Assembly: GCA_964016885.1 (NCBI GenBank)
Contig: OZ024754.1
Span: forward strand, 26,660,001 to 26,724,000
Origin: Eledone cirrhosa
Lineage: Eukaryota
Direction of reading: 5' to 3'
Length of the DNA: 64,000 nt
The position numbers and the translations under genes are program-made. This document shows positions 1 to 12,882 of the stretch, one piece after another (position 1 is the first letter of the stretch; every line of letters starts with the position of its first letter). The notes below the pieces were generated by a model. It was not told where the DNA came from and did not search any database. It was given only the letters and a program-made list of their open reading frames with translations.

Positions 1-1619
1 ATTGAGCAAAGCGGTGTCGGCCTACGCCGATGACGTAACAGTAATGGTATCAACCGACTCGGAGATCGAGGCGATCGGTACCTTACTGGAGGAGTACGAA
101 AGGTTGTCAGGAGCGAAACTGAACCGGGAAAAATCCATCGGGCTGCAACTCGGAACGTGGAGAGGCAAACCGATGCCTCCTGACGGTGTCGTCGGACACT
201 GGACGGAGGGCCCGGTAAAGTTGCTTGGGGTCTGGTTTGGACCGGACCTCCAGGTGGAAAAGAACTGGAACGAGGTTACGAACAAGGTGTTTGCACTAAC
301 CCAGAAATGGGCCAAGTGTAAGCTGTCCCTAAAAGGCCGGGCGGAGGTGGCGAACATTTACATAGCGTCCGTCACTTACTACCGCCTGACTGTCGTACCT
401 TGCCCTAAGGAAACACTCACCACCATGGAACGCATGCTCTTCCAATTTCTTTGGAAGAAGCGTCCTCCTATGGTGAGAAGATCCATCTGCTGCCAACAAC
501 CTTCGAAAGGAGGGCTGGGGATGCCGTGGTTGATGATGCGTAGGCACGCATTAAGGCTACGGCACCTACAGGTATTCCTCACTGGTCAACCGGTGTGGGC
601 TCCGTTCGTGAAACGAGCCTTTCCGAGACTCGTCTCACTCACCGAGCTACAGTCCTGGGTCAAGCAAAGATCCGGAAAACTGGGAGACTGGCACACTGAG
701 TGTGCTCAGGCGCTCAGGGCTCTCTGGCAAGCGGGCCGGGCCATCGGTGGAGAATCCACCTCATCATTCTATAGAGGGCTGGTGGCTAGCAGGGGCGATG
801 ACACCCTTGGAGAGTCGCTGGACATGGAGGAAGACGAACTGGCCAGCCTGTTCGGTAGGACTTTCGGCCCAGGACCAATGGACAACTTCCAGAAGTCACT
901 GGCCTGGCAGTGCTACCGAGGGGCTCTACCCGTTCGAGAGAGGCTCTACAGACACGGGCGCCCGGGCAGGGATCCCTCAAAAAAGATTTGCCCTAGATGC
1001 GTGCGTCACGAAGAAACCGTGGCGCACGCATTGGTGCAATGTCCTGGCGTGGCTGATCTGTGGGGCTACGCCGAACAACTGCTGTCGCGGGTGGCGCCGA
1101 TTAAATTGACCGCCGAGTCCGTGATGACAATCAAACCGCCTCCCCTCTTCACAAAGGAAGCAAAGGCGGTTTTTCTGTGCGTAATAGCCATGTTGAAAGA
1201 GGTTGTTTGGTGGACACGATTGAAAGGTCTGAGGTCAGGCAACTTCCTCTCTGGCCATAGTCTGGTCTACTTCTTCCGATATCACTTCGGAAGAAGGATA
1301 AGAATGGAGAGAGAGGTGCTTGGCCACAGGCAGTTTTATGAAAGGTGGGTGATAGTGGCAAGAATGGCTCGTGTAAATGGGCCTTCTCTGTATACCATCC
1401 TGTAGGTAAAGAAGTAAAGGAGAGGGGAGCACCTTCTCCATGTGCTCCCCGGGCAAAGGATTGCACACTTTTTCGGGGGTGTGTGCAACCCCCATCACGT
1501 CCCCTCCCTTTTGAGGTTATTTTCGATTATTTCCATGTTACACCCTTTTTACTCGATTATATGTAAACTCCCCCTTTGTATTTGTCCCTTCTTTTTATGC
1601 CTTTATGGTAAATAAAGAA

Positions 1620-1620
<1 letters not shown>
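1..1620 (+). mobile_element. Tx1-like non-LTR retrotransposon, 3' portion with 3' UTR ending AATAAAGAAA, followed by (TCTA)n
   Basis: 3' terminus ccccctttgtatttgtccc-ttcttt...aataaagaaa matches the terminus at 56641-56694; (TATC)n follows directly. Confidence 0.88.
2..1405 (+). CDS. Tx1/L1-clade LINE ORF2, C-terminal part (end of RT domain plus zf-RVT zinc finger); 5' end lies outside the window
   Basis: ORF has RT motif SAYADDVTV, VKLLGV, GGLGMP and C-x2-C...H-x4-C (CPRC...ETVAHALVQC); closely similar to the ORF2 copies at 50440-56455. Confidence 0.9.
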   Translation: MSKAVSAYADDVTVMVSTDSEIEAIGTLLEEYERLSGAKLNREKSIGLQLGTWRGKPMPPDGVVGHWTEGPVKLLGVWFGPDLQVEKNWNEVTNKVFALTQKWAKCKLSLKGRAEVANIYIASVTYYRLTVVPCPKETLTTMERMLFQFLWKKRPPMVRRSICCQQPSKGGLGMPWLMMRRHALRLRHLQVFLTGQPVWAPFVKRAFPRLVSLTELQSWVKQRSGKLGDWHTECAQALRALWQAGRAIGGESTSSFYRGLVASRGDDTLGESLDMEEDELASLFGRTFGPGPMDNFQKSLAWQCYRGALPVRERLYRHGRPGRDPSKKICPRCVRHEETVAHALVQCPGVADLWGYAEQLLSRVAPIKLTAESVMTIKPPPLFTKEAKAVFLCVIAMLKEVVWWTRLKGLRSGNFLSGHSLVYFFRYHFGRRIRMEREVLGHRQFYERWVIVARMARVNGPSLYTIL

Positions 1621-1664
<44 letters not shown>

Positions 1665-1724
1665 ACAATCTATTACTCCCTCGCTCTCTTTACACACACA
1701 CACACACATATATATGTATATATA

Positions 1725-1941
1725 TTTAAAAGAATAGTGGTGTAACACACGAGTTGTGATATATTAGTAAAAGGAAAAGAAAATGCTGACAAATTGTTCC
1801 CAGTGAAAAATAGTTTAATTAGGAATAAGTAAAAATTAGTAATAGTATTGGTTAGTATTCAGTTTTAGTTTTAAGTTTTTACCGGTTGCGCATTTCTAAT
1901 GCTTTTCAAACATAATTTTGAGATAGAGCGCCCGTGATGTT
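1725..1941. repeat. Dispersed repeat of about 215 bp between (TA)n tracts; second copy at about 63490-63697
   Basis: Shared sequence gtgtaacacacgagttgtgata...gagatagagcgc(c/t)cgtgatgttt in both copies. Confidence 0.75.
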
Positions 1942-2149
1942 TATATATATATACATATACATATACATAAATCAGGATGGAATAAGTTAGAAACTGGTTA
2001 GACCATTATTCAACGGAGTACTCGATACTTGGAATAGTAGGGTATGGTTGTATTATAAAAAGTCGGGACCCGACAGCTGCCATTTTAACAGCTAGTTCCA
2101 GAGTCCGACGCTCTACCTATACAGCCAATTCACCACCCTGATCACTGTA

Positions 2150-2340
2150 ATAATAATTCTTTCTACTTATAGCACAAGGCCAGCAATTACCCCAGTGTAT
2201 TACTACTACTTTATTTTATCGACCCCGTAAGGATGAAAGGCAAAGTTAACCTCGGCGGGATTTGAACTCAGAATGGCAAGGGCCATAACTCTATGCGTCA
2301 AAGCATGGCGTCCGACCCTCTACCGATACTGCCGATCCAC
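2150..2340 (-). mobile_element. tRNA-derived SINE, family A. Other copies at about 5670-5860(-), 7000-7185(+), 13222-13440(+), 15200-15370(-), 22675-22880(-), 22960-23157(-), 23530-23760(-), 26148-26332(+), 26340-26524(+), 30300-30460(+), 30474-30700(+), 37410-37525(-), 38570-38745(-), 41210-41400(-), 41410-41600(-), 45878-46070(+)
   Basis: Unit of about 190 bp with A-box TGGCAGTATCGG, B-box GAGTTCAAATCC, core gcctttcatccttacggggtcgataaaataaagtaccag (resembles Nin/Deu-type SINE cores, from memory) and (ATT)n tail. Confidence 0.85.
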
Positions 2341-2634
2341 ATGAACAAGCAGCTGGGAAGGAGTTTGGGTGTGTGCTGAACAACTCCTAATTAACAAAAC
2401 CGCGATGTCTGAGGTGCGACGACCTAGGATGAGAATGGTTACGGTCTGGCTGGACTAAAGGAAAGCATTCAATTCCGCTCCCCACTCTTGAATGCTAGAT
2501 GCCTTCGACTCGCTAAAGTCCCAGATACCATTATCAGAGAACCTATCTTCTTTCTGGACTCTAGTATTGAAGTTAAATACAGAGGAGGACTATAATATCA
2601 CTGATAAAATGGAATATCGCTGAGGTTTATTTCA
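2341..2634 (+). pseudogene. Fragment of R4/Dong-like RT with stops
   Basis: Homologous to 10099-10410 (EQAAGK..GCAEQLLINKT..WLD.KAF). Confidence 0.7.
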
Positions 2635-2761
2635 ATGCTATTTATACATACGTACATACATACATACATAGATACATACATGCATACATACATTTATACA
2701 TACATATATGCATGCATGCATGCTTACGTACATGCATACATACGTACATACGTACATACGT

Positions 2762-2880
<119 letters not shown>

Positions 2881-3158
2881 TATATATATACACATATATA
2901 TATATATATATACACCTATATGTGCTCCTGCGACGATACTTCTTTGTGTATGGTTACACATATATACAGGCATGTATGTATGTTTGCTATCTGTAAGCTT
3001 CGTAAATACAACATAGTACCGTCTCTCTTTAAACACTAACCACTTAAACCATTCACTTATTGATTTATTGCACACTATTGAACACATACCTAAATGTCGT
3101 TGTGTATGTATGATTCTGCTGATGATGGAGCGTGGCTATGTGGTCAGGCTGTTCGGCT

Positions 3159-3278
3159 CACAACAATAAGATCGTGAGAGTTTGAATCCCGACGACGTCA
3201 CAACAATAAGATCGTGAGAGTTTGAATCCCGACGACGTCACAACAATAAGATCGTGAGAGTTTGAATCCCGACGACGT
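3159..3278 (+). repeat. Three tandem 40-bp units derived from a SINE tRNA-like head
   Basis: cacaacaataagatcgtgagagtttgaatcccgacgacgt x3. Confidence 0.85.
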
Positions 3279-3454
3279 TTAGTGTAATTGAGTTGTACCT
3301 CTAATTCAAGGGCCAGTCTTGTCACATTAATAAATACACACACACATAGGAAAAGTGTATGGTGGCTTATTTCGGATCTAGCTGTCGAAACGGCCGGAGC
3401 TCAGCCGTCTGGGTCCTGATAGTTTTCCTATTACCAACTCTACTACCCTCTTTG

Positions 3455-3502
<48 letters not shown>

Positions 3503-3924
3503 TCAGTCAATGATAAACATTGATTGCCAAATAAATTAACTATTGAGATATAAAAGATGCAGAAGCGAAAACCAACCAAACAGCGAGTGTGTTCTGTTAT
3601 TATTTCTGGCAATAGTATTACAAGATGACCCTCCTCAAGTATAACAATATATATATATATATACAAAATTAAATTAAGGGTGTCATGTCCGAAAGACATG
3701 CACCATATCCACTGTAGAATATGCCCAAAGATTCCAATGAATAGATCCGAGCATTTTATATCAACTAGAAATTGATTGACATATATATATTTAAAATAAA
3801 CACGTGAAACAATCATAGGGGATAATTTGTAAAGTGTGTAAACACACACAGCTAGGTAGGTAACTAATTAAAGTTTAACTAGAACTTCAAATATAGATAC
3901 CTTTTATAATGATTAATCATATAA

Positions 3925-3955
<31 letters not shown>

Positions 3956-4310
3956 TTCACTCTCTGTCTCCTCTTTATTTCTTCTATCGAACAGAATTGA
4001 TTTCAATGAAACAACAATCCGTCTGATGTCACAATTATGGACGTCAGCATGGTGGTGATGGTGGTGGTGGTGTGGTGGTAGTGGTGATATTTATTAAATT
4101 GTCATGCGCTGGTAAAGAGACTGCGTGACTATGACGACGGAGAAGAGAGAGTAAGGTAATCAGATGGATAGACAGGCATATATATATGTATATATACATA
4201 CACACGCGCACACGCAGAAACACACACACACATATATATATATATAGTTATACTTTGGGAGGGTCATGCTGCCAATAAAAACACACGCACCTGTTACTTT
4301 TCACTTTTTA

Positions 4311-5169
4311 TTATAGGTTTCCGGTTGGTTGGTTCGATAACTGGAAGGTTGTTTATATATTGTCAAAGCTCTTTCGTCACACATTCTGTGACATCCTCAG
4401 TGACTATGTTTTTATTCTGTATGTCTCTCCTTTGTCCTGTCCCACAACCATCTTGTTTTTGTGTGTTGTGTGTTGTGTGCTTAGTTCGCGCATGCATTAC
4501 ATCTGGGTGTGTGTGACCCTGTGTGGGTGTTTTTATTTATTTATGTGTTTATTTACTTGTCACCAATGTGTTGTTTGTTCTATCTCTGTGTGTCTGATTT
4601 GTTTTGTTAGTTTGTATTTTGTGTGTGTCTGTATGTCTTCATTTTGTCAATAATTGTCACTAGTTGTGATGTTGCTATTTCACTCATGTTTTCTGTTTAA
4701 TTTTGGTTGGAGTTCGTTTATGTTTGTTGCCTCTGTGATTTGTCTGAGCATTGCATCTGTTCTGTCTGTTCATTTGCATAATTTTCTACAATCTTTACCC
4801 ATTTGGTTCTAGCTCCTTTGTATACCCTGATCTTGTCTCTCTGATTGTAGCCAGAGAACTGCATGCGGTGTATGAAGTGTTGTATGTGTCTCTCTAATTC
4901 TTTGGGGTTGCACATGCGGGATATGTTCCCCATCGCTCTTACTAAATCCGCAATCAGTATATTGATTTTTATGTGATCCGAAACAGCTGAATTTCGCTGG
5001 ATCAGTTATTTGGACGTAATAGGTTTGGCATTATGCCAGACCCATGACCACAAAATAAAAAACCTAGTCACTGAGGAGGTCACAGAATGTGTGTCAAAAG
5101 AGCTTTGAAAATATATAGACAACCTTCCGGATATCAAACCAACCAGCCAACCAACCGGAAACTTATAAT
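4311..5169 (-). mobile_element. Deleted Penelope-like element with inverted pLTR-like arms of about 110 bp (4311-4420 and 5049-5169) and an RT-thumb remnant
   Basis: Arms are reverse complements of each other; ORF 4718-4933(-) has HIQHFIHRMQFSGY, typical of the PLE RT C-terminal region; hammerhead-like core lies in the arms. Confidence 0.65.
4361..4406 (-). ncRNA. Minimal type I hammerhead-like motif, imperfect
   Basis: Minus strand reads GUCA-CUGAGGA-U-GUCACA(GAAUG)UGUGAC-GAAA-GAGCUU^UGAC; helices I and II pair, helix III and the cleavage triplet are atypical. Confidence 0.5.
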
Positions 5170-6534
5170 TGAAGCTGTATACAGATATGCATTGTACTTT
5201 CGTATTTCGTATTTCTAAAAAATACGGTAGGTATCGCGACCTGGTGGTGTCCAGCAGAAGCGAGGGGGACAACCATCGATGCATTTCGAACTGAACTGGT
5301 TCTCATCGAGACGATCCCTCCCATTCTTGCGACTGCTGCACTTGAAAGCAGTCGAGAATATATAGTTTTCTCGTCTGTGAAAATGAGGTAATTAATCTCA
5401 TTTGCATATGAAGCTGTATAATTTGGCTCAACTTATAATAGTATAGAATTAGAATTTAGCTTCGAACATAGCTGTATACAGATATGTATTGGAATTTCGT
5501 ATTTCTATAAGAAATACGGTATGTTTATAAATAAACATTTAGAAAGTCGCAGTTATGCAAAAACAATCGTTGATGCATTTCGAACTGACAGAAAATGTTT
5601 TGAAGATGATTCAGCTTGGTAAATACGTTCACGATTCCCGTGTCTGTGGAAATCGCAATCACTTACACTATAATTGTTTCTACGTTAGGCACAAGGCCAG
5701 CAATTACCCAGTGCATTACTGGTACTTTATTTTATCGACCCCGTAAGGATGAAAGGCAAAGTTAACCTTGGCGGGATTTGAACTCAGAATGGCAAGGGCC
5801 GTAACTCTATACGTCAAAGCATGGCGTCCGACCCTCTACCAATACTGCCAATCCATCACTTACACTATAATACAACATGGACTGTAGCTGTAATTCAAAC
5901 GTTCAGTCATGTCACATATTGAAAAAAAGAAATAAGATGAAATTTACAGTTTTCTATCAAGTTGAATCTTGTAGTGGCTGTCTTGAGTGTTTTAATAACA
6001 GCGGCCCCAGACATGTCACGAAAAGCAATACGAAAGCAAGAACACAATGCACTACCAGCACAAGAATCGAACCCACGGTCTTATGGCCGTCAATACTAAA
6101 CCCTAAGCACTAAGCCATGTTTCTTCACTGATTAGCCGTCAGAATTATGTTAAGGGTTAGGGAGAGTTAAACATACGTGTCTATGAAATAAGTGAAGCAT
6201 TTATGTGTTAATTCAAGAGGTGGAAGTCCAGTTGCTCAAACAACCAAATATTCATCGCTGAAAATGACGAATGATCTATCCGTATTCTGTGAATTTCAAT
6301 GAATTACAGCTGAAGGCAGACCATAACTCAATCTCGTTGAATAGTTTATCTGTGTACTGATGTATACATTTATTTGCTTGTTCTGTCCACTTATACCTCT
6401 CTGGCTTATTAAACAAACTCCTAGATGTCTCTTCCTTAAAGATTCACTTCATCACCTCGCATACTCTCTCTCTTTCTCTTTCTCTGTGTGCTTCCCATGT
6501 ACACTTACAACACAAATACTTCACACACACACAT

Positions 6535-6576
<42 letters not shown>

Positions 6577-6590
6577 CTCACACTCTCTTT

Positions 6591-6643
<53 letters not shown>

Positions 6644-6730
6644 AGAGATATGTATTATATGTATGCATGTATGTATATAATCAAATATATATATATATAT
6701 ATATTTGTTTATACACACACACACACACAC

Positions 6731-6787
<57 letters not shown>

Positions 6788-7412
6788 GATAGAACTAGAC
6801 GTTGAAACGACAAAAGCTCATATAAACAAACATACATGCATTTTTAAAAGTTCCCTTTCATCATGACTAACCTAGCATTTTCACCTGGAAAACACCTCTC
6901 CAGGGCAAGTTTTTGTGGAAGACTAACAGTTACCCATCCATTTCATTCTCTTCTCTTAAGGCCACTGATCTTGTCCAAGGACCGGACAGCTTGGCATGGT
7001 GGATTGGCAGTATCGGTGGAGGGTCGGACACCATGCTTTGCAGCACAGTTATGTCCCTTTTCGATCTGAGTTCAAATCCCGCCGAGGTTGACTTTGCCTT
7101 TCATCCTTACGGGGTCGATAAAATAAAGTACCAGTAATGTACTGGGTGATTGCTGGCCTTGTGCCTAAAGTAGAAACAATTATTACTTGAGCAACTAATT
7201 GCCGTCCAGGTTAGTGGGCTATCGTAACATACAAGCACAGTCATAAACATACATGCATGCATACATGCATATATACATACATATATACATACATACATGC
7301 ACAAATAGATAGATAGATACATACATGTATGCATACATGTATGCATACATACATACATACAAAGATACATACATACATACATACATACATACATACATAC
7401 ATACATACATAC

Positions 7413-8320
7413 ATAGAGAAATCGGAAGATCCTATTCAATGTTCAAACAAGATAAAAAAATTGACCAATTTACAGAAAAAGTTGTGCATGGATACTTGAG
7501 GCGTAAAATACAGACCATAGAGGGGATAAACCACTCAAAAAGGCTGGCATGGAGTTCCGACAAGTTTATGACATCACACCTTGAGGGATATCTCTATGCA
7601 ATACAGGAACAAGAACTCCCTACCAAATATCTGCTGCACAAAAGAGGAGGGCCAGCAGCTGACAATAAATGTAGGCTATGTAATACAAAGATCGAGGATG
7701 TAAGCCACATTGTTGCCAGCTGCGAAAGAATGTCATCTCGCTACTACCTCCCCATGAGACACGATGGGATAGCTAGAACCATCTGGAATGCACGTTGGAA
7801 AACAAAATTAACAACAAACGAGGAGGAATATATAGAGACAGATGGCACTAAGGAATACTGGTGAAACCTGAAAATAAAAACTGCCACCAAATTAAAGCAC
7901 AACCGGCCTGATATTGTTGTTTGGGACCACACATTGAAAACGTGTTCTGTTGTGGAGATCAGCTGCCCACTTGATGTAAACATTGTCAGAAAAATGCAGG
8001 AGAAGGAGGACATCTACGGACCATTGATGAGGAGTTTACAAATCCAGTATCCAAGATACACCTTTAGCTTCATACCCATCATTATTGGAGCTACGGGTTA
8101 TATACCAACCCGCTTAGACCAAAGTATGACTGAACTTGGATTTGCGGACAAAAAGCGCAGCTCCCTAATTCATAGTCTACAAATGACTGCGATAGCTGGC
8201 ACCTTCAAAATTTGCAAAACATTCTTGCGATTCAAGGTATGACAATTTCTTTTCTTTTACAACCTTGCCACCAGGAAGGTGGCCGGTCAAAAAAATATAC
8301 TCAAAATTAAGAGAAAGAGA
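7413..8320 (+). mobile_element. 5'-truncated R4/Dong-like non-LTR element (CCHC finger plus restriction-like endonuclease), flanked by (CATA)n on both sides
   Basis: CRLC...EDVSHIVASC...RHD, HNRPD and VVEISCP motifs in ORFs 7325-7864 and 7934-8242, with one in-frame stop. Confidence 0.85.
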
Positions 8321-8340
8321 CATACATACATACATACATA

Positions 8341-11300
8341 GTCAGTCAACGTGATCAGTCGCATATTTTGGTGTGGGAGACTATTCATTAAATTTAAGAT
8401 GAATACTATCTCCGACAGTAATGCCACAACTACAGTCATGTTGAATAACTGGATATTCTTCTAACTATATCTACTGAAGACACCTTTTATTCGAATTCGT
8501 AGAGATATCCGACTAAATACATAATCCATCTTACAAGGATTTGCTACAAACAGCATGGCTGAACACAACATCAACAACAAAATTAAGGAAGTATCGAAGA
8601 AAAACGAGAAAGGTAAACAAAATTTATTCAGTTGTAGCTACAGAAGAAACCGAAATTATAAATCGCATTTCTCTTGGAGTTGCGAACTTAATGATGATTT
8701 ATTTAATTGTTATAAAATGGCAAAAAACAATCTCTCCATTGGCTATATGAACAGAATGAAGCTACACTGGGACCAAAAACACCCAGAGCTAAATTATTTC
8801 ACAGCGAAACAATTACGCCAACAAGCGACGTTTGTTGAACGTAAAAATAAGATAAATATTATTAATTGTAAGCACCCACAACAAACATGGAATCAACAAC
8901 ACGTGCTACAGGCCGCCATGCTACCAGACTTCCTAATAGCCAGGTCGAACAGTGCCTTGAAACAACTATGCCTGTAAGAAATTTGACACCACGTGTACCA
9001 TCAGGGTCTACCTCGACTATTGTGGAAAATACTATCGATAATGATAATAATCAAAGTATAAACAATTGAAAATTTCCCTCAACGAAATCTTCCAGAAAGA
9101 AATTAATTCATGTATAAACATTTCTCTTGCTGACCGTTTTAAAACAACAATATTTAATAAAAAACCAAATAATGAACGTGTTATTGATGAAATAGGGGAT
9201 AAAAACTCCAACATTTTGGGAAATCAACGCCTGTTTATATGCCTCAGAAACGACAGTGAAGCATTATCTTGGTGATAGTAGAGATATTAACAAGAACAAA
9301 ACACCACAAAAAATACCATCATATATAACTAAAATAGAAAAAAAAAGATTGCTGACTTACGAAAAACCATAGGATATGTGACAATGCTTCTTACATGCAA
9401 ACAAACACAAAAAAACTTCACTCCTCACCAACAAAGAGTGAAAAATAAAATAGAGACGATGTTTGGTAACAGTAGAACCAGAACTCTTCAATATAAGCTG
9501 ATCACCCTCAAACAAGAATTGAGAGCTGTTAGCGAAAAACGCCGATACCCGAAGAAAGTAGATGAGAGAAAAGTGCTTAATAAAAGATTCAGACGAAACC
9601 AAACATCAGTCTATAGAGATATGAAGAACAAAATAATAAGTGTCACTGAGGCCCCATCCCAGAAAGACACAGATTCCTTTTGGAACAAAATATGGGGTGA
9701 AAAGAAGAAAGTGTGGCTAAAAGAAATCCGAACGAACTATTGCTCCTACACTACAACAAAAACATACAGAATAAATGTTGATACCCTTGAGACTGTGATA
9801 GGAAAACTCCAAGATAAGAAAACACCAGGAAGAGACATGATTGTCGGCTACTGGTACAAAAAACTGATATTCTATCGGAGGTATCTTACTGACCTCTAAC
9901 AACAAGTTCTTAAGGGAGATGCACTTATACCAGAATGGTTGACATTAGCACAAACATTACTGGTCCCCAGGAACAAAGACACCCACTTGGCAAAAAGCTA
10001 CCGACCCATTGCATGCCAGAACCTGATGTATAAGAAGTATACAGCCTGCCTGAAACTATTCCTCCAAGATCACTGGGAAAATAATAATGACATCACAGAT
10101 GAACAAGCAGCTGGAAAGAAAGGGGTTTCGGGATCTGCTGAACAACTCCTAATCAACAAAACTACGATGTCGGAGGTGAAACAACTTAGGAGGAATATGG
10201 CTACAGTCTGGCTGAACTACAAGAAAGCTTTCGATTCTGTTCCCCCCTTTTGGATGATAGAAGCCCTCCAACTTGCTAAAGTCCCAGACATTATTGTCAG
10301 AGCCATAGAGAAGTTGTCTTCTTCTTGGGCTACTATCCTAAGGTTAAAGACAGAGAAGGAGGACTCTATTTTCACTGATAAAATAAAACATCACAGGGGT
10401 ATATTTCAGGGAGACAGTCTCTCTGTGATATTATTTATCCTGTCATTAAACCCCTTGTCCTTTCTGTTCAAGAAATGTGAAGGATACACCATTGGCTCAC
10501 AGGAAGACAGAAATACGAACCTAACCCATAATTTCTTTGTGGATGATCTGAAACTCTATGTCAAGAGCATGGATGGGACGAAGAAAAATCTTGACCTGGT
10601 TACAACGTTCTCAAAGGATATAGGAATGGAGTTTGGCCAAGATAAATGCTCATATATGACTGTAAAGCGGGGAAAAACAACAACCCAATCTAGCAACATT
10701 GTCATCAATGGCCTAACTGTTTCACCGATATCTGATGAGGACTGCTACAGATACCTGGGTATAGATGAGAACATATCCTATAATGGTATCTGTAATAAGG
10801 AACGCGTAACCAGGGAATACTACACCCGATTAAGAAGGATTTGGTCATCGGAACTCTCTGCGCAAAACAAAACAGTGGCTCACATTGTGTTTGCTGTGCC
10901 TGTCCTAACACCAACGTTTGGAATACTCAATTGGACGATAGACGAAATCTGAGCAGTTGATGTTGGAACTCGAAAAATACTAAACAACACCGGAAACTTC
11001 CACATCAACAGTGACATAGACCACCTTTACTTGAAACGTAAGCAGGGAGGCTGAGACCTAACATCAGTCCAGACAGCATTTGAATGTCGCATCATATCCC
11101 TCCGACAACATCTACGAACCTCGAAACGTAGGAGCCTGTCTCTCGAGCAAGTCTATCTGCATGAAACAGATAAGATCATGAGAGTTGGGAAGGAACTCCT
11201 CAAGAGATATTCCCTGTGTGATAATAAAAAACTCACACCCAGGGAAGTCGCTCAGCAGTATCGCAGTGAATCCATGGATGAAAAACTGCATACTTATCAG

Positions 11301-12002
11301 CAAAAAATCATGTATGGATATGTTGCCAGGAAGCTCCAGAGTGAGAGTAATATAGATAAGGAAAGTAGTCTATCTTGGACCAACAACCGTTATATTGGCT
11401 CCCACTTTGAAGGATACACTTTTGCAATCCAAGAACAGGAAATTAACACGAAATACCTGATTCAGAAAAGAGATAGGGATGCAGGCAAAACATCTAGATG
11501 TGATAACAAGTGCTGACTCTGCAGAACTAACATCGAAGATATCACCCATGTCATCAGCAGCTGTCCAAAGATCTCATCACGGTACTATCTACCTATGAGG
11601 CATGATGTAGTGGCCAAAATATTGTACAATGCAATCCGTAAAAAAGATAGCCCCAATAATAAACACATTAAAAGCTACAGCAATGTGGAAGACATCCATG
11701 TACATATGAAAGAGTATTGGTGGAATGTTCCAGTAAAAACCCCAATAAAATGCAGGCATAACAGACCAGATATTTTATGGGACAGGGAGAAGAAAGCATG
11801 CACAGTAGTGGAAATTAGCTGCCCAGCAGATGCCAATATAATATCAAAGATTAGCAAAAAGGAGAATATTTATGCAGAACTGATGAGAAATCTGCAGATA
11901 CTCCACCCTGATTACACCTTCAGATTATTGGGACACTGGGGTATGTTACTAACTGCCTCAGTACAAATCTTGAGAAGCTAGGCTTCACAGGAACAGAAAG
12001 AA
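8341..12002 (+). mobile_element. Near full-length decayed R4/Dong-clade non-LTR retrotransposon (RT plus RLE)
   Basis: N-terminal GYMNRMKLHWDQKHP; RT motifs YRPIAC, YKKAFDSVP, GIFQGDSLS, FVDDLKLY, YRYLG; C-terminal RHDVVAK, HNRPD, VVEISCP; several stops and frameshifts; begins right after (CATA)n. Confidence 0.88.
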
Positions 12003-12292
12003 CACAACACAGATTAGACGACACACAATATAACACCTCACATGCCACAGATTAGACGACACAATATAACACCTCACATGCCACAGATTAGACGACACAA
12101 TATAAAACCTCACATGCCACAGATTAGACGACACACAATACAACACCTCACATGCCACAGATTAGATGACACACAATATAACACCATACATGCCACAGAT
12201 AAGACGACACACAATGTAACACCATACATGCCACAGATAAGACGACACACAATATAACACCATACATGCCACAGATAAGACGACACACAATA
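12003..12292. repeat. Minisatellite, 36-38 bp unit, about 8 copies
   Basis: cagattagacgacac(ac)aatataacacctcacatgcca repeated. Confidence 0.85.
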
Positions 12293-12466
12293 TAGGAATA
12301 CAATGAAGTAACACAAAGGGATATTGAAGTAACTTTTCTCTCTCTCTCTCAAAGGTTCAGTCGTATCACACAATACAAAATACAGAATACTCAGTTATGA
12401 AAACATCTCGACTGTATGTGCATTTCAGCTGTCGGGCACCAACTATTTGCAATATACTCGTGTGTA

Positions 12467-12540
<74 letters not shown>

Positions 12541-12543
<3 letters not shown>

Positions 12544-12882
12544 GCACATGGCTTAATGGTTAGAGCATTAGCCTTGCAATCGAAAGGTTGTGAGTTAAAT
12601 TCTCAGCCTGGGTGTTGTGTTGTTTCCTTGAGCAAGACACTTTATTTCACATTGCTCCAGTTTACTCAGCTGTAGAAATGAGATGATAGGGACTGGGGTC
12701 TATCATTCCACTGCAAAAGTGGTCGTGGAGGTGCGACAGCAAAAAAGCACCCAGCACTCACTGTAAATGAGGTCGGTGTTAGGAAGGGCATCCAGCTGTA
12801 GAAATCAAGCCAAAATCAGTTCCCGTCCCACCCTTGCAAGCAGGGAAAAAGCGGACGTAAAATGAAATGATGATGATGATGA
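12541..12882 (+). mobile_element. tRNA-derived SINE, family B, with (GAT)n tail. Near-identical 5'-truncated copy at about 27800-28087; related pieces at about 20590-21003, 26580-26810, 31245-31550, 36570-36975
   Basis: A-box tggcttaatggtt, B-box-like gagttaaattc, core tccttgagcaagacact, tail ttaggaagggcatccagctgtagaaa...gacgtaaaatgatgatg. Confidence 0.75.
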
